33,006 bases of DNA from Candidatus Limnocylindria bacterium (lineage in GTDB: Bacteria > Chloroflexota > Limnocylindria > QHBO01), in the NCBI GenBank assembly GCA_039917955.1, contig JBDSIN010000184.1, positions 1 through 33,006 of the forward strand, given 5' to 3'. A program made the position numbers and the translations under genes. Positions 25,665-33,006 of the stretch are shown piece by piece (positions within the stretch are counted from its first letter, which is position 1; each line of letters opens with the position of its first letter). The notes beneath the pieces were generated by a model. The model did not search any database, was not told the origin of the DNA, and worked only from the letters and a program-made list of their open reading frames with translations.

Positions 25665-26986
25665 TCGATCGCTACGCCCTGCCGGAGCTGCGCGAGCTGT
25701 TCAGCGAACGGCGCAAGCTCGAGGTGTGGCTGCGGGTAGAGATGCTTGTTGTCGAGGCCCTCAATGCCGCCGGCGTGATCCCCGACGACGACTGGCAGCG
25801 GATCCGCGCCGCGACCGCAGACGGGGGCGTCGACCCCGCCCGGGCGCATGAGATCGAGCGTGAGTCGCAGCACGACGTGATCGCCTTCCTGCGTTCGGTG
25901 ACCGAGCGTCTCGGGCCGGAAGGTCGCTGGCTCCACTTCGGTCTCACCAGCTCCGACGTGCTCGACACGGCGACCGCGGTGATCCTGCGCGACGCGATGG
26001 CCGTCGTGGAAACGGAGGTCGCGCGCCTCGCCGAGGTGACGCGCCGGCTGGCGATCCAGCATCGGTCGACGCCGATGGTGGGGCGCAGCCACGGGATCCA
26101 CGCCGAACCGACCACCTTTGGCTTCAAAGTCGCCGGGTGGTACGCGGAGATCACCCGCGACCAGGCGCGCCTCGAGCGTGCCCGCGAGGGGATCTCGGTC
26201 GGCAAGGTGTCGGGCGCAGTCGGGACGCATGCCAACGTTGGGGTCGAGGTCGAGCGATTCGTATGCGAAGCATTGGGTCTCGTGCCCGATCCCGCCGCCA
26301 CCCAGGTGGTGAGCCGTGACCGCCATGCAGAACTGCTCACCTCGCTCGCCATCCTGGGCGGGACGCTGGAGCGGGTCGCTGTGGAGATCCGGCACCTCCA
26401 GCGCACCGAGGTCGGCGAGGCGTTCGAGCCGTTCGGTGCCGGCCAGCAGGGCAGCAGCGCAATGCCCCACAAGCGCAACCCGGTACTGACCGAGCGCGTG
26501 ACGGGCCTCGCACGGCTGCTGCGCGCGGATGCCATGGTGGGACTCGAGAACATGGCCCTCTGGCACGAACGCGATATCAGCCACTCGTCGGCCGAGCGCT
26601 TCGTCTTCGAGCGCGCGTTTGGCGTCGCCGCCTACGCGACGCGGACCCTCGCGACGGTGCTGGACGGGCTCGAGGTGGATGCCGAGCGGATGGCGAGCAA
26701 CCTGGGGATGCTCGGCGGGATGGTCTACTCCGAGGCGCTGCTGCTCGCGATGGTCGCCCGGGGGGCGGACCGCCAGGAGGCGTACCGGCTGGTGCAGGGT
26801 GCCGCCGGGCGGTCGGCGAGCGGGGAGCGCGGATTTGATGCCGAACTGAAGGCGGACGCCGGCGTTGCCGAGTGGCTCTCCGCCGACGAGGTCGAACGTG
26901 CGATGGACCTGGAGCATCACCTGGCCGGCATCGCGGCGAGCTATCGCGCGCTCGGGCTCGACGACGGGGAGCTGTCGGCCCGGTGA
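25661..26986 (+). CDS. purB: Adenylosuccinate lyase
   Basis: MIDRY, HDVIAF, HFGLTSSD, GRSHGIHAEP, GSSAMPHKRNP and LWHERDISHSS motifs. Confidence 0.98.
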   Translation: MIDRYALPELRELFSERRKLEVWLRVEMLVVEALNAAGVIPDDDWQRIRAATADGGVDPARAHEIERESQHDVIAFLRSVTERLGPEGRWLHFGLTSSDVLDTATAVILRDAMAVVETEVARLAEVTRRLAIQHRSTPMVGRSHGIHAEPTTFGFKVAGWYAEITRDQARLERAREGISVGKVSGAVGTHANVGVEVERFVCEALGLVPDPAATQVVSRDRHAELLTSLAILGGTLERVAVEIRHLQRTEVGEAFEPFGAGQQGSSAMPHKRNPVLTERVTGLARLLRADAMVGLENMALWHERDISHSSAERFVFERAFGVAAYATRTLATVLDGLEVDAERMASNLGMLGGMVYSEALLLAMVARGADRQEAYRLVQGAAGRSASGERGFDAELKADAGVAEWLSADEVERAMDLEHHLAGIAASYRALGLDDGELSAR

Positions 26987-27888
26987 CCATGACCGGCTGG
27001 CTGGTCCGTGCCGGGCTCGCCGCGCGGCTCGCCGGGAATCGCGCCGACCTGTGGATCCCTGGAGCCGCGAGCGCCCTCGCCTACCTGGCCTGGCTGCCGC
27101 TGCTGGTGGTCGTGGCGGGTCCGCCGCGGACCAGCGACTTCGCCTTCGTCGGGGCCGGACTCTTCTCGTCCTCGGCCTACCCGTGGAACGTGCTGCTGCT
27201 GGCAGCAGCAGCCACCCTGCTGGTCCTGGCCGCGTTCCTCATCGCCGCCCTGAGTGAAGCGGCGCTGCTCCGTGGCCTGCGACAGGACGAGGCGGGCCGG
27301 TCGCTGACGCACGACACGGGGGTGATCTTCACCGTGCTCCTGGGGGCTGCGCTGCCCGTGGCGATCGCCGTCGCGATCCTGGTGGCCGCAACCGCGACGA
27401 TCGCCCCCGGCGAGTTTGGCGCGCCTGACCTGGGGGCACCGCTCCTGGTGCGGATCCTCGGTTCGCTGGCGCCGTTCGTGGTGCTCCTGGCGGCCACGAT
27501 CCTGTTCGGACAGGCTGTCGGCGCGGCGGCAATTCGTCGCGCCGTGGGTCCCGGCTCGCGACGGATCGGGGCGGCGCTGCGCGGCGGGGCACTCGATGTG
27601 CTGCGCCATCCGACGCGGCGCCTGGGGCTGGCGCTGGCCGCCACCCTCGCGGAGCTGCTCGCCCTGAGTCTGACCTTCGCGCTGCTGCGCGTTCTGTGGG
27701 AGCCACTGGCAGAGGACCTCGCCGCCGGATGGTTGCTCACCCCGGCGAGCCTGTCGCTGCTGGTAGGCTTCGTGGCGATCTGGCTGGCCCTCGTCCTGAT
27801 CGCCGGCGCACTGCATGCCTGGGTGTCGGCGTGGTGGTCGGCCGAGCTCGTGCCGGATGCAGGAGGCGCAGATGCTGCTGACCGCTGA
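26983..27888 (+). CDS. Hypothetical polytopic membrane protein
   Basis: About 6 hydrophobic segments. GTG at 26983 overlaps the purB stop (alternative ATG 26989); the end overlaps the next gene. Confidence 0.65.
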   Translation: MTMTGWLVRAGLAARLAGNRADLWIPGAASALAYLAWLPLLVVVAGPPRTSDFAFVGAGLFSSSAYPWNVLLLAAAATLLVLAAFLIAALSEAALLRGLRQDEAGRSLTHDTGVIFTVLLGAALPVAIAVAILVAATATIAPGEFGAPDLGAPLLVRILGSLAPFVVLLAATILFGQAVGAAAIRRAVGPGSRRIGAALRGGALDVLRHPTRRLGLALAATLAELLALSLTFALLRVLWEPLAEDLAAGWLLTPASLSLLVGFVAIWLALVLIAGALHAWVSAWWSAELVPDAGGADAADR

Positions 27889-28375
27889 CCTCAGCTTTGA
27901 TACCGAGCTCCAACTCGCCGGTCGGCTGGCTGCCGGCCTCGTGCTGGGGGCGGTGATCGGCCTCGAGCGTGAGCTGCATCGCCAGCCTGCGGGCTTCCGC
28001 ACGCACTCGCTGGTCGCCCTGGGCGCTGCGCTCTTCACGATCGTGTCGGCCTACGGGTTTGCGGGGGACGGGGTCGATCCGACTCGTATCGCGGCGCAGA
28101 TCGTGTCGGGGATCGGGTTCATCGGGGCCGGAACCATCCTTCAGCATCGCGGGAATATCCGCGGCCTGACGACCGCCGCCTCGCTCTGGTCGGTCGCCGC
28201 CATCGGGATGGCGGCCGGTGCCGGCCTGCTGGTGATGGCCGTGATCGGGACGGTCCTGATCCTCGTTGTGTTGGCGCTGCTCGACCGGGTTGCGGCGTTC
28301 GTCTCGAGGTGGATCCGACCATCCGACGATCAGCAATCACCTGACCGTGGTCATTCGGAGGAGGATCTCTCGTGA
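27872..28375 (+). CDS. MgtC/SapB family membrane protein
   Basis: IGLERE..QPAGFRTH, DPTRIAAQIVSGIGFIGAG and GLTTAASLW. AGGAGG SD before ATG 27872. No C-terminal ACT-like domain. Confidence 0.92.
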   Translation: MLLTADLSFDTELQLAGRLAAGLVLGAVIGLERELHRQPAGFRTHSLVALGAALFTIVSAYGFAGDGVDPTRIAAQIVSGIGFIGAGTILQHRGNIRGLTTAASLWSVAAIGMAAGAGLLVMAVIGTVLILVVLALLDRVAAFVSRWIRPSDDQQSPDRGHSEEDLS

Positions 28376-29271
28376 CACTGACGTCAACCGATATCGGCGG
28401 ACTGCCGCTCGTTCACCGCGGCAAGGTGCGTGAGACGTACGCCGTTGGAGCCGACCGGCTCCTGTTGATCGCCACCGATCGCCTCTCGGCGTTCGACGTG
28501 GTCTTCGATCAGCCGATCCCCGACAAGGGCCGCGTGCTGACCCAGCTCGCCGCCTTCTGGTTCGGGCGGCTGGCTCCGCTGGGGCCGACCCACTTCCTGT
28601 CGGTCGCGACCGACGACCTGCCGGAGGCCGCGCGCACCGCGGCGCTCGCCGGCCGGGTGACCCTGGCGCGTCGCGCCGACCGGATCGACGCCGAGTGCGT
28701 GGTGCGCGGCTACCTGGCCGGGTCGGGGTGGGCCGAGTACCGCGCCAGCGGCATGGTCGGCGGGCATCGGCTGCCGGCCGGACTGCAGGAGGCTGACCGC
28801 CTGCCGGAGCCGATCTTCACGCCGTCGACCAAGGCGGAGGTGGGACACGACGAGAACATCACCCGCGAACAGCTGGCGGAGATGGTGGGAGGCGACCTTG
28901 CGCGCGAGCTCGAGGAGCGGTCGCTGGCCATCTACCGGGCCGGCGTGGAGCGCGCGGCCGAAGTTGGTCTGATCCTCGCCGACACGAAATTCGAGTTCGG
29001 CTGGATCGACGGTCGGGTGGCGCTCATCGACGAGGTGCTGACCCCTGACTCGAGCCGCTTCTGGGATGCCGATCTGTACCAGCCCGGTTCGAGCCCTCCC
29101 TCCTTCGACAAGCAGTACGTTCGCGACTTCGTGGCCGCGTCGGGCTGGAACAAGGAGCCGCCCGCGCCCGAGCTGCCGGCCAACGTGATCGCCGGCACGC
29201 GAGAGCGCTACGTCACAGCGTACGAGCGACTCACCGGGCAACCGTGGAGCGACGTGGGGAGATCGGCCTGA
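28372..29271 (+). CDS. purC: SAICAR synthetase
   Basis: GKVRETY, TDRLSAFD, ECVVRGYL.GS, FTPSTKA, ADTKFEFG, DEVLTPDSSRFW and DKQYVRD motifs. Confidence 0.98.
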   Translation: MTLTSTDIGGLPLVHRGKVRETYAVGADRLLLIATDRLSAFDVVFDQPIPDKGRVLTQLAAFWFGRLAPLGPTHFLSVATDDLPEAARTAALAGRVTLARRADRIDAECVVRGYLAGSGWAEYRASGMVGGHRLPAGLQEADRLPEPIFTPSTKAEVGHDENITREQLAEMVGGDLARELEERSLAIYRAGVERAAEVGLILADTKFEFGWIDGRVALIDEVLTPDSSRFWDADLYQPGSSPPSFDKQYVRDFVAASGWNKEPPAPELPANVIAGTRERYVTAYERLTGQPWSDVGRSA

Positions 29272-29549
29272 TGCGATGGCTGGCCGAGGTCCACGTGCGG
29301 CTGCGGCCGGGGATCGCGGACCCCGAGGGACAGACGATCGCAGGTGGGTTGCGCTCGCTCGGTTTCGATGCGGTCCACGAGGTGCACGCCGGCAAACTGC
29401 TGCGGATCGCATTCGAGGCGGACGATCAAGCGGCCGCCGATGAGGCGCTCGGATCGATGTGCCGGCGTCTGCTCGCCAACCCGGTGATGGAGACCGCCGA
29501 CTGGGAGTTGCGAGCCGCCGGAGAGACGGACGCGGAGGCCGGTTCGTGA
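29271..29549 (+). CDS. purS: FGAM synthase subunit PurS
   Basis: DPEGQTI, GK and LLANPVME motifs. TGATG overlap with purC. Confidence 0.95.
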   Translation: MRWLAEVHVRLRPGIADPEGQTIAGGLRSLGFDAVHEVHAGKLLRIAFEADDQAAADEALGSMCRRLLANPVMETADWELRAAGETDAEAGS

Positions 29550-30274
29550 GCCGAGCACCGCGCGTCGCGGTGGCCGTCTTCCCAGGGACCTGGAGCGAGC
29601 GCGACTTCCTGCACGCGGCCTCCGTCCTCGGCTGGGAGGCGCGGCCGGTGTGGCACACCGAGGGTCAGCTGGGGAACGTCGATGCGGTCGTCCTGCCGGG
29701 TGGATTCGCCCACGGGGACCACCTGCGAACCGGGGCAATCGCGCGCTTCTCGCCGGTGATGCGCGCCGTGGAAGCGTTCGCCGATGCCGGCGGGCCGGTG
29801 CTCGGCTCGTGCAACGGCTTTCAGATCCTGTGCGAGGCGGGCATGCTGCCAGGCGTCCTGATGCGCAACGATCACCTCCAGTTCCGCTGCGACTGGCAGA
29901 CGCTGCGGGTCGAGCATCCGAGCGGAGCCTGGCTCGGTGATCTGTCGGACGGTGAGACGATCCGGCTCCCCATCTCGCACGGCGAGGGTCGCTACCACGC
30001 CGACGATGCCACGCTCGACGATCTGGAGCGCACCGGCCGCGTCGTGCTCCGCTACGCCGATGCAGCGGGAGCCGTGACGCCCGACGCGAACCCCAACGGC
30101 TCTCTGCGGTCGATCGCGGGGATCGTCAATCCGCGCGGCAACGTGCTTGGTCTGATGCCGCACCCCGAACGCGCCGCCGAGACCGAGGTGGGCGGCACCG
30201 ATGGCCTGCGCATCCTTGCCTCCCTCGAGCGGTGGCTGGTCGCGCAGCCGGCCGCTGCGGAGCGTCGGCTATGA
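29546..30274 (+). CDS. purQ: FGAM synthase glutaminase subunit PurQ
   Basis: FPG, LPGGF..GD.LR.G, CNGFQIL (Cys), HGEG, NPNGS and GLMPHPER (His-Glu). GTGA overlap with purS. Confidence 0.97.
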   Translation: MSRAPRVAVAVFPGTWSERDFLHAASVLGWEARPVWHTEGQLGNVDAVVLPGGFAHGDHLRTGAIARFSPVMRAVEAFADAGGPVLGSCNGFQILCEAGMLPGVLMRNDHLQFRCDWQTLRVEHPSGAWLGDLSDGETIRLPISHGEGRYHADDATLDDLERTGRVVLRYADAAGAVTPDANPNGSLRSIAGIVNPRGNVLGLMPHPERAAETEVGGTDGLRILASLERWLVAQPAAAERRL

Positions 30275-30317
30275 TGCGAATCGGACGCGATTGGCCGGGA
30301 TGGAGGCCCTCTGCCCG

Positions 30318-31199
30318 ATGAGCGACGACGAGCGGGAACCACGCGAGGACCGGCCGCCCGCACCCCGCGAGGCCGAGGCGTGGGTCGTCCCGCCTGAGCC
30401 CACCGACGCCCCACCCGCGGTGTCCGCCCATTCGGTACCCGCCACACCCCTCGGCGAGGGCATTCGCTGTCCACGCTGCTCTGCTGACAATCGGCCCGGT
30501 ATCGCGTTCTGCCGCAACTGCGGGCAGCGACTCGCGACGGCCGGAGCGCCGGTGACCGTCGAGCGCCCGACCGACGCCGAAGGAACGCTCGCCTGCCCGC
30601 GCTGCGCGACGCACAACCGGGCCGGAGCGGCCTTCTGCCAGAGCTGCGGGGCCAATCTGCGGGCGGTTCCATCGACGGACGCCCCTGCGCCGGACGCCCC
30701 TGCGCCGGACGCCCCCGCGGCGCCCGGCCGCGCGATCCTCGGCCCGGTGGTCCTGCTTCTCGGTGCGGTGGGGATCCTCACCGGCTGGCTGCTCCCCTTC
30801 GCCTACGGCGGCGGCTCGCTGTGGGATCGCTCGTTCGGTGATCCGGGCGGCTACGGCATCGGCTTCTGGGCCGGCTACTCGGCGGTTGCGGGTGGCTTCC
30901 TCGACAAGGTCTACTTCGGGCTGGCCGGCCCGGCCCCGTTGCTCGTGATCCTGCTCATCGGATTGGCAGCCGCCGGCCTGTGGCGCGCCGCGCCGAGCGC
31001 CGCTCAGAGGATCGTTCTGCTCGTGACACTCGCCTGGGGCGCGGGGCTGGCCCTCCTCTTCGGCGTGGTCGAGCTGTTCGGTGGTCCGGGTGGCGGCCTG
31101 ATCGAGATCCTGCGTGCCCTGTCGCCGGCCGGGGTGATCTTCCTTCTCTCTGGGTTGATCGTCGCCATCGGATCCCTGACACGCTTGGCCAGGGCCTGA
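30318..31199 (+). CDS. Double zinc-ribbon membrane protein, unknown function
   Basis: CPRC..N.....FC.NCG and CPRC..N.....FC.SCG, Pro/Ala linker, about 4 TM helices. GGAGG at 30302-30306. Confidence 0.75.
   Translation: MSDDEREPREDRPPAPREAEAWVVPPEPTDAPPAVSAHSVPATPLGEGIRCPRCSADNRPGIAFCRNCGQRLATAGAPVTVERPTDAEGTLACPRCATHNRAGAAFCQSCGANLRAVPSTDAPAPDAPAPDAPAAPGRAILGPVVLLLGAVGILTGWLLPFAYGGGSLWDRSFGDPGGYGIGFWAGYSAVAGGFLDKVYFGLAGPAPLLVILLIGLAAAGLWRAAPSAAQRIVLLVTLAWGAGLALLFGVVELFGGPGGGLIEILRALSPAGVIFLLSGLIVAIGSLTRLARA
30676..30720 (+). repeat. 3 x 15-bp coding tandem repeat (DAPAP linker)
   Basis: CGGACGCCCCTGCGC twice, then the variant CGGACGCCCCCGCGG. Confidence 0.85.
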
Positions 31200-31202
31200 C
31201 CG

Positions 31203-31835
31203 ATGGCGGAGCGGTACTGCGCAAACTGCGGCACCGGGGTGGACGACGATGCGCGCTTCTGTCCCGTCTGCGGCCAGCCGATCGATCCGCCCGAGGCGCC
31301 GATCCCGGCCACGCCAGCATCGACCGATGCCGCAGCGGATCTGCCCGGCGAGCCTGAAACGGAAGCCGAACCGGAGGCTCCCGTGGAGGCACCGGTCGCG
31401 CCATCGGCGGCCACGGTGCCCCGCCCCGAGACGCCGGCCAGCATGCCGGCCGTGGCCGAGCGCGCGTCCGACCTGCCCTTCAGCCTGCCGACCATGCTGT
31501 CGGGCTGGCTGATCGGGGGAGGCAGCCTGCTGGCGGCGATCGGGTTGGCACCCTCGCTCGGCCGTGCCCTCAGCGTGATCCTCTTCGTGGGGCTCCTCTG
31601 GCTCGCGGCCTCGGTCTTTCTGCCTGATCGCCTCCCGGAGGTTCCGCGCGAGCGGCTCGTTATCCTCGTGGTGGCCTTCATCGGCCTGGGGATGGCGCTC
31701 GACCGCACCGGCTTCGACCCGCGCGGCTGGGAGACCACCTTCCTGATCGGGATGCTGGCTGTGGCTGGCGGCGCGCTGCTGGTCGAACTGGACCGCGACC
31801 GGCCGATCCCTCCTCCCGCCCCTCCCCCCTCCTGA
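31203..31835 (+). CDS. Zinc-ribbon membrane protein, unknown function
   Basis: YCANCG......ARFCPVCG, Pro/Glu/Ala-rich linker, about 4 TM helices. Confidence 0.75.
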   Translation: MAERYCANCGTGVDDDARFCPVCGQPIDPPEAPIPATPASTDAAADLPGEPETEAEPEAPVEAPVAPSAATVPRPETPASMPAVAERASDLPFSLPTMLSGWLIGGGSLLAAIGLAPSLGRALSVILFVGLLWLAASVFLPDRLPEVPRERLVILVVAFIGLGMALDRTGFDPRGWETTFLIGMLAVAGGALLVELDRDRPIPPPAPPPS

Positions 31836-31843
31836 GCGCTGCG

Positions 31844-33006
31844 ATGACCATGGCGCCGCCCGTCGAGCTGCACGGGCTGACGGACGACGAGTATCGGCGG
31901 GTGGTCGGTGCGCTCGGTCGCGAGCCGAACGCCGTGGAGCTCGGCATGTTCGGGGCGATGTGGTCCGAGCATTGCGCCTACAAGCACTCACGCCCCCTGC
32001 TGGCCGGACTGCCAACCCAGGGTGAACGCGTTCTGGTGGGACCCGGCGAAAACGCCGGTGCGATCGACATCGGGGATGGCCTGGCGGTCGTCTTCAAGGT
32101 CGAGTCGCACAACCACCCGAGCGCGGTCGAGCCGTACCAGGGGGCGGCCACCGGCGTGGGAGGCATCATCCGCGACATCTTCACCATGGGCGCTCGGCCG
32201 ATCGCCCTCTTGAACTCGCTCCGCTTTGGGCCGCTCGACCCTGCCGACGATCCCTCCGGCCGGACCGATGCCGAGGCGGCTGCCAGGAATCGCTACCTGT
32301 TCGGCGGCGTGGTGGCCGGGATCGCAGGATACGGAAACTGCATCGGCATCCCCGATGTCGGCGGCGAGTTGCACTTCGACGCCAGCTACAACGGCAACCC
32401 GCTGGTGAACGCGATGTGCGTCGGCCTTGCGTGCCACGACGAGATCACCCTGGCCCGCGCCGCCGGCCCGGGGAACGCGCTCCTGCTGGTCGGATCGGCC
32501 ACCGGCCGCGACGGGATCCAGGGCGCCAGCTTCGCGTCGGCGACGCTCGGCGAGGACCGGGAGGAACGGCGCCCGGCGGTGCAGGTCGGCAATCCGTTCC
32601 TCGAGAAGCTGCTCATGGAGGCGTGCCTGGAGCTCGCCTCGTCCGACGCGGTGGTCGCGATGCAGGACCTGGGAGCGGCGGGACTGACCTGTGCGCTTGC
32701 CGAGCTCTCCGCGCGCGGGGGCTGCGGAGCCGAGGTCGACCTAGACCTGGTGCCGACCCGCGAGCCGCAGATGAGCGGCTACGAGCTGCTCCTCTCGGAG
32801 TCGCAGGAGCGGATGCTGCTGGTGGTCCTGGCGGGGCGTGAGGGGGAGGTGCAGCGCGTCTTCGCCCGATACGACCTGCACGCCGTCGTGATCGGCCGGG
32901 TGATCGCCGAGCCGGTGGTGCGCGCCGTCCTGCGCGGAGAGCCGGTCTGCGAGGTGCCGGGGCGCGCCCTGGCCGACGATGCACCGCGTTACGTGCGCCC
33001 GGGCGC
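31844..33006 (+). CDS. purL: FGAM synthase subunit PurL (partial, runs off the window)
   Basis: Hand translation from ATG 31844: HGLTDDEY...[54 protein letters not shown]. Absent from the ORF track because it has no stop in the window. Confidence 0.97.
   Translation, partial: MTMAPPVELHGLTDDEYRRVVGALGREPNAVELGMFGAMWSEHCAYKHSRPLLAGLPTQGERVLVGPGENAGAIDIGDGLAVVFKVESHNHPSAVEPYQGAATGVGGIIRDIFTMGARPIALLNSLRFGPLDPADDPSGRTDAEAAARNRYLFGGVVAGIAGYGNCIGIPDVGGELHFDASYNGNPLVNAMCVGLACHDEITLARAAGPGNALLLVGSATGRDGIQGASFASATLGEDREERRPAVQVGNPFLEKLLMEACLELASSDAVVAMQDLGAAGLTCALAELSARGGCGAEVDLDLVPTREPQMSGYELLLSESQERMLLVVLAGREGEVQRVFARYDLHAVVIGRVIAEPVVRAVLRGEPVCEVPGRALADDAPRYVRPG

Noticed and set aside
30676-30720. 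CRISPR-like repeat
   Set aside because: No spacers, in-frame within a CDS, and no cas genes.
1-33006. Mobile element, prophage or defence island
   Set aside because: No integrase, transposase, phage, nuclease or toxin-antitoxin motifs seen, and composition looks uniform by eye.

Overview
GC-rich bacterial chromosomal window with no mobile element, rRNA, tRNA or CRISPR array visible. Gram-positive-type GAAC-N4-GTTC LexA boxes, split purSQL, a GuaB3-type IMPDH and UPF0182 suggest a Terrabacteria lineage, possibly Chloroflexota (inference only). Left to right there are five blocks. (1) A complete mannose-family PTS locus: IIA-IIB-IIC-IID-DMT, divergent from a SorC-type regulator-HPr-EI. (2) A one-carbon module: fchA-like cyclohydrolase coupled to a FolD lacking both cyclohydrolase residues (K54L, Q98A), divergent from an Fmt-like formyltransferase. 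(3) An SOS cassette: lexA, a Y-family polymerase with clamp-binding and RecA-N-terminus-like tail motifs, and an 86-aa ImuB-C/DUF6504-like gene under its own near-consensus promoter with two LexA boxes. (4) DUF1232-rplI, four DnaA-box-like 9-mers, dnaB, and a zinc-ribbon/CxxC-x17-CxxC gene with a structured ~125-nt leader. (5) A purine cluster (purA, guaB3, guaA, purD, purE, purB, purC, purS, purQ, purL cut by the window edge) interleaved with uncharacterised envelope genes. The best candidates for something new are the SOS cassette, the split FchA/FolD module, and the DnaA-box and structured-leader elements around dnaB. All family calls come from reading motifs by eye; no database searches were run.
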